Shown piece after piece: positions 1 through 29,054 of a DNA stretch of 64,000 nt. Positions within the stretch are counted from its first letter, which is position 1; each line of letters opens with the position of its first letter. The DNA comes from the human T2T-CHM13v2.0 reference genome, Homo sapiens, in the NCBI RefSeq assembly GCF_009914755.1, contig NC_060926.1, one strand, 5' to 3'. Below the pieces are notes generated by a model. It had not been told where the DNA came from. It was given only the letters and a program-made list of their open reading frames with translations, and did no database searches. The translations under genes and the position numbers were made by a program.

Positions 1-259
1 AAGCAAGTTCTAGTTTGAACAGAAAGCACAAAATCTCAGAGCTGTCAGTACCTCTACTTACTCAGCTGTGGATGCGACATGTTATTTTGCGCTTGTTTTG
101 CATCTTGCTCAACTCCCAGACATTGTGAATTCACCAGAACTCCATGTTGCCGGGGCATCACACACAAATATGCAAATGACACAAAAACATATGGCAGGTA
201 CTCATCTTGTATGTATTTCTTCAGTACATATGCATGTTCCATTGTCTCAGCAGGCTTCA

Positions 260-637
<378 letters not shown>

Positions 638-1590
638 TCATAAAGCCAACCTTGGTTAAAAAGAGAACATTCAGACTTTCTCTATTAAATATGATGTAGG
701 TTTTGCAAAGATGCCTTTTCTCAGGTTGAAGAAATTATCTTCTTTTCCTAGTTTGCTGAGAGGTATTATCTGAATGGATGCTGAATTTTGTCAAATGCTT
801 TTTTCTGCATTTGACAAAATTGAGATGATCTTATGGGTTTTCCTTTTCAGTAGGCTAATGTTAAACTGCACCAATTTTAAGATGTTAAAACCACCCTGCA
901 TTCCTGTGCAAATCCCTACTTGGTCATTATATATTATTCTTTTTATATATTTCCAGGTTTTCTTTGCTAATATTCTGTTAAAGATTTTTGCTTACATGTG
1001 CATGAGGGATATTCATCTGGAGTTTTTGTTTTGTAACGTCTTTGTCTGGTTTTGATATCAGGGCAATATTGAATTCATAAAATAAGTTGGGAAATGTTCC
1101 CTCCTCTTCTACTTTCTGATAAAATTTATGTGGAATTGGTATTATTTCATTTTTAAATGTCTGATGAAATTCAGCACTGAAACCATCTGAGGCTGGGGTT
1201 TCCTTTGTGGAAGGTTTTAAACCAAAATTCAATTTCTACAATGGATATGGGGCTATTCAACATTGATAGTTTGTGCCTCTCAAGTAATTTGTCCAATTTG
1301 TCTAAGTCGTTCAATGTATTGGCACAGAGTTGTTTATGACATCATCTTATGACTCTCTGAGTGTCTGTATGATCTGTATTCATGCTCACCTGCATCCCGG
1401 TACTGGTCATTTGTGTCCTCCCTCATTTTCCCAATCATCTAGCTAGAGGATTATCTATTTTACTGACCTTTTCAAATAACCAGCTTTGGAGTCACTGATT
1501 TGTAATGTTTTCCCACTAATTTTTTTTTCTGCTTCTTTCTCTGGATCTAGTTTTTCTACTTCAATCTAAAGGTTTAAGCTTCTAAGGTAG

Positions 1591-2742
<1,152 letters not shown>

Positions 2743-2909
2743 TATAAGCATTTAATGCTACAAATTATCCTCAAAGCACTGCTTTGTCTGCGTCTGCTAA
2801 TTTCAGCATGTTGTTTTCATTTTCATTTAATTCAATATGTTTTCTAAGATCTCTTGTGATTTTTTTCCTTCCTTTAGGCATGTGTTTCCAAATATTTTGG
2901 GATTTTTAA

Positions 2910-3292
<383 letters not shown>

Positions 3293-3511
3293 AAAGTGTA
3301 TTGAGTCTTGTTTTGTAACAGGTTGTGTGTCTTTGAGAACATTTCAGTGCACTTGAAAAGAATGTATGTTCTCTAGTTCTTGGGTGCAGGGTTCTATAAA
3401 TATTCCTTTGGTACAGCTTTGTCATTAGGTGCATACATATTTAGAATTATGATGTCTTTTGATGAATTGATTCCTCTGTCATTATGAAATGTCCCTCGCT
3501 ATCCCTGATAA

Positions 3512-7228
<3,717 letters not shown>

Positions 7229-7959
7229 TCAGTCACATTTCCTTCTTTGTCTAGTAATTTTTTGCTGGATGTCTCACACTGCAAACGTTACCATTTTTCA
7301 ATGCATAATTTTGTCATATTCTTTTAAAGAGGACTCCAGTGAACCCTGGTCCTGTGTTGGCTCTATCCTGTTTGTCTTACAGCTCCCTCTGCAGTTGTTC
7401 TCTTCTGGTCTCACAGGGTTGCCCTGTGCATGAGCAGATTGATATTCACCGAGATTCCAGGAGGCCTCTATCGAGATTTCTGGAGATCTTTCTCTTTCCA
7501 GCTTCTTCCTTTTAGGATTCTGTCCCACAGATTCTAGAAACCTTAGAACTTGGTGTCTCCAAATTCTGATCTCTGTTCCCTCAACTTAGTAATCTCGCCA
7601 GTCTCCGTTTGGGTTCTCCCTCCCTGTGGTAGAATTCTCTTCAGGTAGAAAGGCTAGGTAATGAACGATAGGGCTCACTCGGTTAGTCTTCTTTTTCCAA
7701 GGAATCACAGTCCACCATTGCCTGGTCCCTATATTTTATCCAGCTCCTAGTTGTTTACAGTGGGAGAATAATTCCAGGCTGTCCTGCTCACTCTCGACTG
7801 GAAGCAGAAGTCTCATCATCTTTTCGCAAGATGACATCATGGTAGATCAGAGGAAGAAAGAGACCAGCCACCCACCCTCTTTCAACCATATCCCTCTTGC
7901 CTACCATACCTGTACCCCATCTTTCCCTAACTGCCATTCCTGGTCTCTAATTCAGCCAC

Positions 7960-8062
7960 ACCCTCCTCCTCCTTCCCCTTCTCCTTTTTCTCCTCCTCCC
8001 CCTTCTCCTCCTCCTCCTCCTCCCTCTTCTCTCTCTCTTTGTCTCTCTCCCTCTCTCTTTCT
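7960..8062. repeat. Polypyrimidine (CCT)n/(CT)n tract
   Basis: Visible low-complexity tract. Confidence 0.85.
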
Positions 8063-10841
8063 GGGACTTCTTATAGAATGTACCCCCACCTCCATTGCTA
8101 CCACTAACTTCAAGGCCTGGTTCAAAGCCCCCTGCCCTTGGCATAAAGAGCCAAGACTCTGAAACTGGACAGAGCAGAAGCTGAACACCAGCCTCACCTG
8201 CCAAGGGCCTGTGTGTCCCTGAGAAAGCACCTCAGTCTCTCTCTGAAATCTCCCCAGGGTTGGGGAGAGGATCAGAGCACCTGACACAGTGCCCGGCGCG
8301 AAACAGGTGCTTGGTCAGTGTTCCTCCCAACTCTACCATCACGATGTCACATGTGGCTGGCTGTTCTCTTCCTCCACCTTCTCATGGGTGATTTGAAATA
8401 GTCTCTCATCAGTTTATGGGGAGTGTGTTGAAATCTTCACACTCACACGGGAAGTTCAGCAAGGACAACAACCCAGACTTTTCCATTTTGCACCTTCTAA
8501 TATGCTGAGCACCAGCAGGCCCTCCGTCTATGCTGGCTGAACGAATCCCTCTCTCTCCTATACCCGCTTCGGTGGCTCAGGTCAGGTCCTTGTATCCCGC
8601 CACGTTCAGGCAGGTTCTCACATACTCTGCTGCTCACAGCCATCACCGTTCGCTGCCAGAATCATCTTCCTGAAAGGTAGCAGGGCTCAGGTCAACTGCC
8701 TGCTCCAAAGCTTTCAATGGCTGTCCACTGTCTACAAAATGGAGTCAGAACTGTCTCATATGGCTTTTACTCCTCCCCATTTCAGATCCCAAATAACCTT
8801 CCAGGCTTCTTTGTTACTACTGCACCCAACTCTCCAGTCAGAGGTTCTCCACTACCCCGTCTATGTTCACCCCCAGACCTTTGTTCACAAGCCACTGCCA
8901 CTGCCCCTCCCCTACTGACCTCAGGATCGAAATCCAACGTGCCCTTCACGGCCCAGCTCAGTACTCCTCCTCCTGAGGGGCTTTTCTCTCCACTCTCCCA
9001 GTTCGTGCGCCACAGAGGCCCCCGGGGAGGCTCGAGGACCGCCTTTCCATCACCGTGGGGTGAGCCCCACCCTCGCACCGAGAAGAAAGGAAGGGAGTGG
9101 ACCTACTGTCTGCGGGATGGGAGTCGGGACACTGACTGTGTGGGAATGCACCTATGCAGGGCTGTCCTCGGGGAGAGGGGCTTCGTGTACTTCACACAGT
9201 GCTTCATGAAGGGGTGAGTCAGGCGCCATCTCTCCTTTTTCCAAAAGGAAAAATGAGCCACACCACAGATTAAGTCAATTACACTCAGCCAGAGGAAATA
9301 TCCTCCGAAGATCTTCACTCTCAAATCAGCCTCTCAATGGAGCCCTGCAGCACTGGAAAGGAGCCCTCCCATTTCCGCCTCTGACTTCCTTTCCACAAAG
9401 CAAAGGAGCAGAAGCCACAGGTCCCAGGAAACCGCACAGCTCCCGGCTCCAGGTCTCTGGGGAGACAACCCTTGCCTGGGGAAGCCTGGGAGGTTCGGGG
9501 AAGCAAACAGAATTCCTAAGACTGGGAGAACAAAAGCAAAATTTACCACGCAACCAACAGCAGCTCAGCAGTGGGAGGTCTGCAGCCTGGGGATAGCTCC
9601 AGTTCACACTGGAAACCCTTTCACCGCCAGAGAACTCCAGCGCGGACGCCAAGCACGACCACGGCAGGTGACCTGCCCTCCCTCCAGCTCCACCACCATT
9701 CTCCCTGTTCTCACCACACAACCACGCACTCAATAGCCTCCAAACACTCCACTGTCCCCTCATGCCCCTTGTCACCCTGAATCCCGGTGTCACTGGCTTC
9801 CAATGTCCCCCTACCCCTCCCACCTTTTCCCAGCTCACCTGTCTCTACCTCTGCTCCCTAGGCAGAGCCACTAGGCAGTTGCCAACTGCCTAGGCAACTC
9901 CCTAGGCAGCTGACCCACAGAGGCCCAGGGAGGTCAGCTGCGCTGCCCAGGGCCCCAGGCATCCAACTCTGGGCCACGCTTCCCTCCTCCTGGCACACCG
10001 CCTCCTTCTCCCCAAACCACCATCCGCTCTTCTGCCCTGTGAGGTGATGACTGTATTGATTTTGATGCCTTCTTCAATCCCAATAAATAAACCATTCTCT
10101 TGCGACCAAAGCCCATGTCTGTCTAAGAGCGGGACCTCACTCTCGGCTGGAATGCTGCTGTCACCCCAGCCACCTCTGCCACCAGCCTGCCAGGCAAAAC
10201 TGTCCCTGGATTTCCTGCCCAGTAGGCCCTTGAAAGATGCCTTCTTGCTGCTGCAGATGGAAGCAAGCAGAAGCAGCTTGCTAGACCAGCCCTGACTCTT
10301 CCTCAGCTCGAGAGGTGGCTGTGGCTCAAGGAGGCCACCAGTGTGGACCTCGAGTGGCACCACCCAGCTGATGGAGGCAGGGCTGCAGACGGCAGAGGCA
10401 TCTCATCCCCTTGAGAGGAAACTACAGTTACCATAGAGGGGTGTGTAGAGCTTTGCTTCCCCGATTTGCATAAGCTTATATAAAGAATGTATCTGTCCTA
10501 AATGTGCATAGAGTCACATAAATATGCAATTCACAGAAAGATCTCTGGAAGTATCCACACCAAACATTTGGCAATGGGTACCTATGAGAAGGGGAGCAAG
10601 GGAAGGAAGGAGGACTTTCACTTTTATTCTTTGTACTCCTGTCTAGGTTGAATTATTTTCTTACAATAGTGCTTCATAATATAGAAGAAAACTGATATTC
10701 GTTTAAGAGAAGCCTCAATGTTAATAGCAGTTATCCTTCAGAAATAATATTATGGGTAATATTTTTTCATACTACATAGTATTTTCCAGGCTTTCCACAG
10801 TGAATACATTTGTTACTTTTATGTTAGATTGAATCATATGA

Positions 10842-11100
<259 letters not shown>

Positions 11101-11328
11101 TAAATAAAAAATTTTTTAAAAACGTAAATGTTTATGTAGACAATAGCTCTATCATTAAGGCCTGACATATAAACTTTCCAGAAATGGGGGGGCCATACCC
11201 CCAATCTTAAATGTATAGCTACAGAATTTCTACCTGCAGTGTTTGTGTCCCGCAGCTAGGCAGGATGGACAAGGTTCTGTGAGCAGCCTGGGCAAACAGG
11301 AGAAGGCAGTCCTGAGCAATGCGCTTTA

Positions 11329-11860
<532 letters not shown>

Positions 11861-12059
11861 TCAGAGCCGAGCAGGAAGGGGCAGGGGCACAGGATAGCGC
11901 TGGAGTCCCCAGAGCCGAGACACTGGATCCACCAAGATAGTCCAGTCCCTCCAGAAATCAACTGACGTTACACGTGCCGCAGGCAAGCTCCTCTCTAGGA
12001 AGGCCATGCATTTATTTCTGCTCCAACTTTCGGAGTATTTTCCAAGAATCACTTATGTT

Positions 12060-12400
12060 TAGTCCCAAACCTGTTTATGCCAGTTGTTTTTGGTATTATA
12101 TTTACATAACTTAATTAAATATAACCTACACAGATAAAATATGGATGTGAAAGAAAGCGCGTTGTTTCTAAAAAAAGTAAAGTGAGTATTTTGAACATTT
12201 TTGACAAATATAAGTAGCTAGAAGAAATTGCTGTTGAATTCAAGGTAGGCAAGACAGTAACAATTTGGCCAAAAAGAAAGAACAGTAATAAAAATGTAGG
12301 GGGATTCTGTACCCAGGTTCCTTCCAAGTGACTTTTAATTCTTACTCCACTTTAAGGAAACTGGAAATGACACACAACACATCCCAGCTGCAAAAGAAGG
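12060..12400 (+). mobile_element. Old Tigger-type transposon fragment (transposase N-terminal HTH remnant)
   Basis: From 12152 the frame reads RKRVVSKKSKVSILNIFDKYK*LEEIAVEFKVGKTVTIWPKRK, resembling the CENP-B/pogo HTH. Confidence 0.55.
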
Positions 12401-12747
12401 CCATAGGAGGGGGTGGTGGCTAACACCGGTGGTCCTAGCTACTCAGGAGGTCAAGGTGGGAGGATCACTTGAACCCAGGAGCTCAAGCCCAACCTGGGCA
12501 ACATAGCAAGACCTCATCTTTAAAAAAAAAAAAAAGAAGAAGGAAAAAGAAAAAGGCCACAAGGAATACCAAACAGAGTACCTATATAAAAAGGAAAGAA
12601 CTTTCCCTTCAACAAAAGATTGGCAAATGACTGTATAGCTAAATGTTTTCAATTAAAACAAACTATTTAAAATACATATAAATGTATATATGTATGCACA
12701 ATTTTTGTGATTCCTGTATTTTACTGACTTTTTATAAAACCTACTGA

Positions 12748-13123
<376 letters not shown>

Positions 13124-13297
13124 TAGGTGTATATTTTGATGAATATGGACAAATATGTACAGCTGTGTGACTACTTCTCCAAGCAAGATACGAAAGACTG
13201 CCATCATCCCAACATGTGCCATGGTGCCCCATCCAAGTCAACTTCTCTCCCAGCCCCGTGGAGTGTCTGTTAAGGTACCATAGCTCTTACCACACCA

Positions 13298-13978
<681 letters not shown>

Positions 13979-14856
13979 TATGCTGAAGCCATCTTTTGAC
14001 CGTCTGTGCTCTCCACCATCTATCTTTTGTTGTTATTCCCCTTTTTCATGTACAGTACAATTCCCTTTTTTGGTGTACAGTTCTATGTTCTGACACACAG
14101 TCATGTAACCACTTCCACAACCGTCTGTCTCGATCTCCTCAGAGAAGACGACTTCTGACTTGCATTTGGATCTGGAAGTCTTGGCCCTGAGACCAGCCGG
14201 GTCTGCGCTTCCCGGGGGGAGCCTGGGCGCCTTCTTCACCCTCTGTTCCTCCTCCACTTTCTTTTCTATAAAATGCCAGTGACAAGAATATCCACCTCAC
14301 AGAGTGGGTGTGAGGACTAAGTGACATAATGAGATAAAAAGCGCTTCAATGATCCATGCAAATGTTATTTGTAACTAGTCCTCAGAGAGTCATCAGACCC
14401 ATTAGGCCATCGTGAAGGGAAGTGGGTGAGGGGCGGGGAGGAATGGGAGCAGGGGTAGGAGGGTGCGGGGGCACCATGGCAGGGCTCCAGCACGGCTCGC
14501 CAGCTGAACAGGGAGCGCCATGATCCCTTTCTTCCCTAAATGCAACTCGAAGCCTCAGGTGTTGTGCGTCACTAACCCTGCCGAGGACGAAGATTCTAAA
14601 GCTCAGGGGAACAAAGTGAGGCCATCTAGGGCCACAGGGACATCCTAACCCCAGGTTCTCCATATGAAAGGAACCGAGCTCCATGCAGCTCACATGATCT
14701 GACCTAATGAAAGGACATACCTGGCTTCCTCCACTACAGCCATGCCAGCAGCCTTCTTCACCATGTCTCCCACCCACAACCAACTCTTCACGCATTCCTC
14801 CCAAAGACGGAGCATAAAGAGAAAAGACATTAAGTGAAAGGCCATTGCCAAAATGC

Positions 14857-14957
14857 AAAAAGGAAGGAAGGAAGGAGACAGAGAGAGAGAGAAAGAAAGA
14901 AAGAAAAAGAGAGAGAGAGAGAAAGAAAGAGAGAGAAAGAAAAGAGGCAGAGAGAAA
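14857..14957. repeat. Polypurine (GA/AAAG)n tract
   Basis: Visible low-complexity tract. Confidence 0.85.
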
Positions 14958-14985
14958 TTTGGATCAAAAGTACACTATTCCACTA

Positions 14986-19088
<4,103 letters not shown>

Positions 19089-20559
19089 TAGACAAATGCC
19101 CTACAGAAAAGGAATAGTACAATATTCTGCAATATTATTCAGCATTTTATAATTTGAAACATTCTTAACAATAATCCTTTCACAATGAAGAAAAAGAGCT
19201 AGTTGATTACGCAGAAAAGAGATGAAAAAAGGATAATGAAGAAACTTGGTCTGATTCATTCATAGTTCAAAGATCAGAGATGGTCTGCCAAGATTAAATG
19301 TAATAAAGAAATAACTAGCATCTGCACAGTGCTTTGTAGTTTAAAGCGCCTCTATATAATTACCCACCCCTCCCCCAACCAGGTAACACAGTCACACTCC
19401 CGTGCCCTTGTTTGCCAGTTAGAACTGTGGGAAGCAGTCCCTCAACTGGCACCATGGCCCCACCTTGGCTAGGCTTAAGTCTCCCCAATGCAAGAGCATC
19501 AATCGTGCAAAACACCATCAGACAGACACTGCTTCCTGCTTCCTAATGGCCGATCTACCCAGCACAGGCTACCTGGGACAATCATGGGTCCCGGCAGGAA
19601 GCAGGGGCGGGTTACAGATGTCCCATGCTGAGGGCCCCCCCGACACACATTGGCTGCTCCACGTGTTGGATTCTAAGCCCCCTTCCTTTTTGATTCTACA
19701 CACTCTCCCCAGGCAACCCCTCAGCCTCCCTACAGTTTTAGGTGCCACTTAAATGCCGATGATTCTCAAATCTGCAACTCTAGACCTTTCTTCTCCAGAT
19801 CTTGAGTACAAGGTCTGGTATACAGAAGGTGTTCAATAACTTTCCACTGAATAATCTGAAAGTTCCACTTGGATGTCCCACGGGCAACTCAAACCAAACT
19901 CATCTTCTCCATCCCCTACGTCCGTCCTGGTGGGTGGCCCTCATGGTGCCACGCCTGGACTCCCTCACCAGCCTCCTGCACCATGTCGACTTCATTCAGG
20001 TCCACCAAGATGATCCCCCTAAATGCAAACCCAATCCTATCTGGTGTTTCTGAAGCTTGTGCACCTGCAAATCTCTACCTCCTGGGAAAGGAATACAAAC
20101 ATCAGAGCCAAGCTGCCAACCTAAGCTGAGGAGAGAAAGGGGCAGGAATGGTGCTGGGGTCCATGATTAAGCCACACATCCTGTCACCTAGGGCAGTGTC
20201 CTGGACACAGGGGCCGTTGCATGCTTGAGAAGGTAAGAGAATGACTTCTCACCCAAATAAGGCAAGGCAAAGTCTATACAGATGAATTCTGAGCCACCAT
20301 TTCTCTCTGTACAATGCAGTTTCTGAAACTTTCTAAAAATCTTAGAAATGATGTATTGGATCCTACAGAGAATCAATACCTTAATGGAGTTAAAAACACT
20401 GGGCTCTGGGCCACATTTCTAACTTTTGAAGCATTCTGTGGTCACAGAGTATTTTGGACCCTACCCAATCTCATGGCTTTAATTAGTTCCGTCTCCCCAG
20501 CATCCCCCATGTGCCTCCTGGTTTCTCAGACAGCCTCAGAAGACAGCTGCTATCAATTC

Positions 20560-21222
20560 ATTCCCTCCCTTACACACGCTACTCAAACATCAAAAGATAG
20601 AATCAATTTCCTCTTGCATCTGAGTTAGCCTGGACTTCTTGTAGCCGATAGTGATGAGCCTAACCTTTAAAAACTGTGATAGCTTCCACCTTCTCTCTGA
20701 GACCACCATGCTGTGAGGAAGCCCAAGTTAGCCACATGGAGAGGTCAGGAGGAGGAGCTCTGAGGCTCCAGACATGAGTAAAGGCTTCTTAGAACTTGCC
20801 AGCATAGCTGGCAACTGAATGCTGCAGGTGAATGAAACAGCGCAGGTGGACAAATGAGTGACCCCAGCCCATGCCACGTGAAGCACAAAAACCACCCAGC
20901 TGAACAGTCAACCCACAGGATCATGAGAAACAATAAACTGTCATTCTTTTTTTATTCTTTTTTGAGACCGGTCTTGCTCTGTCACCCAGGCTGGAGTGCA
21001 GTGTCACGATCATGGCTCATTGCAGCATCCGGGGCTCATAATCCTCCCACCTCAGCCTTCTGAGTAGCTGGGACTACTGGCACATGCTACCATGCCTGGC
21101 TGATTTTTGTACCATTTGTAGAGACAAGAGTTTTGCCATGTTGCCCAGGTTTAAACTGTTACTCTTTTAAGCCTCCAAATTTTGGGGCTGTTTGTTACAC
21201 AGCAGTGGATAACTAAAACACA
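20560..21222 (+). mobile_element. MLT1-type (ERVL-MaLR) solo LTR interrupted by an Alu fragment (20947-21150)
   Basis: CCATGCTGTGAGGAAGCCCAAG...; 3' end TTTGGGGCTGTTTGTTACACAGCAGTGGATAACTAAAACA. Confidence 0.7.
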
Positions 21223-21389
21223 TGGTGAATAAATGGACATATACTCAGTAACACTGAGTAATGAGCCATCCCACATTACTGAATTTCCAAATATAATCCT
21301 TATTTGTTCAAACTTGTGTTATCCATTCCCGAGGAAAATGTTTTTAGATACTACACTACACTTTATGCTAAATGCAATTTAATATTTCC

Positions 21390-23090
<1,701 letters not shown>

Positions 23091-23290
23091 AGAATGTGTA
23101 ATTTGGTGGGGGGGCAGCCAGGGGCAGAGGGTGGTGTTGGAATATTTACCCAGCATTAGACCACCCTCGTGGGATTTGCTGTTTGTTTATGAAGAAACTG
23201 CAGAATGCCAATAACCCTGGCATCCCAGCCATTCCATCTGACGGAGGGTTTACCCAGAAGGCTGGGCAGACCAAGCCCAGGAGTGAGCAC

Positions 23291-23380
23291 GCATGTGTGT
23301 GTGTGTGTGCATGTGTGTGTGTGTGTGCATGTGTGTGTGTGTGTGCATGTGTGTGTGTGTGTGTGTGCCTGCATGTGCAT
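23291..23380. repeat. Compound [GCA(TG)7T]n repeat
   Basis: About 4 copies of an 18-bp unit, alternating purine/pyrimidine. Confidence 0.9.
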
Positions 23381-24989
23381 ATAAAACTACCCAGTTACCC
23401 ACCCCTGGCCCAGCCCTGGGCTTCCGTTTCCTCTCTAGAAAAACTCGCTGACTATAAAGCGCTGATTTAAAATAATAAACACGAGGAGTCCAGTGTTCAC
23501 AGCAAAATGTCAGGGAAATAATGTGGATGAAAGGTGGGGCCTAAATTGCATATGCATGATGATGACAAACTGGGAAAGCTCTGTTTATACACAGATCGGG
23601 GTCAGAAAAGGCCACAGAAAGCTGCGACAGGGAAAGGATGGAGGGGTTGATTTTCTGCAAAGTTGTTTACATGTTCAATGACTGATTATTCCTCCTCACA
23701 TGCAGCTGAATCTGATGGCCCTGCAGTCCCCTTCTACGCACGTCATCATTGTTCTGGTCCCTGGACCCTCCACTGATGCCCATCTGCATACTCTCCACGG
23801 AGGGATGACGGCTTCTTTCCCGTCCCGGGTCAGTGGAGGAGCCCAGGGCCAAAGAGCCAGGACTGGCTTGAGTTTGCCTCCTCTTGCTCTGTGTCCTGCA
23901 CACCTCTCCCTGCAGCCTGCTTCCTGAAGGCTGAAAGCCCCCAGGCCTGCTGCTTCCTGCCCACCGCACCTCACACCAGCTCCTGTCCCGATTCAGCCCC
24001 CTGCCTTTCTCAAGTACTCCTGGCCACGTGCCCACAGGGAACATCGTCATGGGCTTCTCCCTTCTTTGCATCCAATTCCCATGGGGAGAAGGGGGTGCCT
24101 CCTGTTATACCTTAGGGACTGCCATCTCTTGGCACTGTTCAGCTACGTTGCTTAGCAAAGACATTTGGGGGCAGCCAGAAAAGTAGGAGGCCCAGATGCC
24201 TGGGTTCCAGAGAAAGAGAGGCTTTCAGGGAAGTCCCCCAACCCACCTTTCTCACTCATCAGTGACCCCTCCCCTGTAATCCAGCCCCACTACCTCCTCT
24301 CAACCTCACTGAGCCTCAGTCCCCTTATCTGTGAAATGGAGCCAGTAACATCCAGGATTAAATGGGATGAGGTGCATGCAACAGCTACCTGCCGTCTGCA
24401 GACAGGGTGTCTCTGGAAGCCTCAGTTTCCTCTCACCCTCCCTACGGCAGCTCCCTCCAGCCCCTAGGAGCAAATGTTCCTTTGCTGGGTGAATGATTGC
24501 TGTGTAATTTGCAGGTGTGAAAGAAACTGCACATCCACAGCTTCCTCATGTTTTACTTGGTGAAAAAAGGTCTTAACAGGCTCTTCATTCCATGAGAGAA
24601 TTTTGCTCCCAAATAGCCTTTCTGCTCTGAAGTAAGGGTACAAAATATTTGTCAGCAGTTCCTAGTCCCTACTTTGCCAAATGCTAAAGGCACGCCCCGC
24701 CCACCACCACCCCCAACCATCCTGGCTGCCTTCCCCATTGTCCGCACTCATTGGCCGCTGGTCCTGCAGGTCCTGGTCCTGAGCCCAGTCCCCTCCTTCC
24801 TCCTCACCCAGCCCAGGGGCAGTTTAGGGCAGTAAAGGGCAAGTAATTCCGTAACAGGTCCTGGGGCAGGACCCAGGCCAGGGGAGCGAAATGGGCAAAC
24901 ACTGCCAGCCTCGGCTCCTCCTGATCCATCTGTCCTCCCTTCCGGCTGCTCTGGGCCTGTGTTGCCTCTTGGGATGGGGGACCCATGGA

Positions 24990-25128
24990 GCAGCAATCAG
25001 TGCTCCATGGAACACAGACAAATGAGCCCTGGGCTGGGAGTCAACGCCTGGGCTCCCGTCCTGTTTCTGCCACCAAAGTGATGGGTGACAGTGAACCAGT
25101 TATCACCCATCTCTGTTTCGTCCTCTGT
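24990..25128 (+). repeat. Copy 1 of a 139-bp direct duplication (copy 2 at 27605-27743), MIR-derived
   Basis: Ungapped alignment at offset 2615, ~10 mismatches by hand count. Confidence 0.92.
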
Positions 25129-25140
25129 TCCCTCCTCTGG

Positions 25141-27752
<2,612 letters not shown>

Positions 27753-29054
27753 AGTCTGGGCTAGATGCCCTGCCAGGCCCTGCCTATGTTAACATCCTCT
27801 ACCCATTTCTAGAACAAATCAGCAGGATGAGACATGAGTGGAGAAATCAGCAGAGGAGTGGAAGATTCTGTCTGTCCACCCTGGGCCTGCACATAGCACC
27901 TGGTCTCCAGGACCCAGGCACTGACCTCCATGGCTGCTAGAGGCTCACGTCAGTCAGCAAGGATTCTGGGCACGCCCTGCCTCTCCTGACACCCAGAAGG
28001 TCACCGCTTCAGAGCTGACTCTACCCCAGCCCCACTAACCACAGAACAGAGCTGGCGTGGGAGTTAAGACATCTCTACCAGACAGAGCACTGCAGGGGCA
28101 GGAAGTGGGGGAGCCTCTCTTGACCATCATTGGCACGAGGCTGGCAGGCTGGGCACCAAACCCAGATGCAGACATCTCCGCCTCATTCTCTGGTCACCGG
28201 CTTGCTGGCTCCCCAGGGACACACACTGCCTACTGTCCCTCAGGTCCCCTGGTCTCTGCAGCCCCTGAGGGCCTGGCACTTGGTGGGAACACAATACTAT
28301 AATAGTTAAGCTGAGGCCGAAATTCCACCCCTTCCAGTAGAAAGCGTGCTCCAGGACCAGCAGAATGCGTGCTTTAGGACCAGGAGACCCTACGTCACAG
28401 TGGCCGGCATGACTGTCCCCATTTGCATCCCCACACCACACCTTCAGTGGGGAGACCACCATTCTCCACTTCATAGAACTCCCCAGGCACCCCGAGCTCC
28501 CGGAGGCAGGAAATATGACAACTGCGTCTTCCCTCTGTGCAGCCCTTCACGTATCCTAATGCGCTTTCCCCCACATCTCCTGCAATCCTGACAACAACCG
28601 TGTCATGCAGGCAGAGCGGACGTTATCCCCATTTGACAAAGGGGCACTGAGTCCACACAGCTAGTCAGTGCTGGGGAGAGATGGGAATCAAGGAGCCCTC
28701 TTCCCAAGGGAGGTCCTCCTTGCCAGGGTCACTGACAGGGAATGGCCAGGACAATGCTGCCTCAAGACCAGCCCTGGGTGGGCCTTCCTGTCACACACTT
28801 AGACTGGGCACAGGTGAAGAGTGGCCCTGAGGCCCAATGCCCTGACATCCTCCTTTCCCTGGGGCCAAGCACAGGCAGACTCCGGGTAATGGCACAGGGG
28901 TGAAAAGGCAGGGACTAGGGAGAGAGGTGAGAGCCCCGGAGGCCCCCAGGACACATTTTGACTCAAAGGCAAAGCAAACAGCAACTCCAACAGGTCCCAA
29001 GTTGGTGAGAGCTGCAGGAGAGGACGCTGTGGGGGGACAGTGGGCAGGACTCAC

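Noticed and set aside
9902-10363. 153-aa minus-strand ORF in unique intronic DNA
   Set aside because: Non-ATG start, no recognisable homology, and no pseudogene hallmarks (poly(A) tail or TSD).
28791-29054. C-terminal 87 aa of the 312-aa ADCY3 ORF in the track
   Set aside because: Read-through past the strong GAG|gtgagt donor into the intron; no adjacent poly(A) signal to support a truncated isoform.
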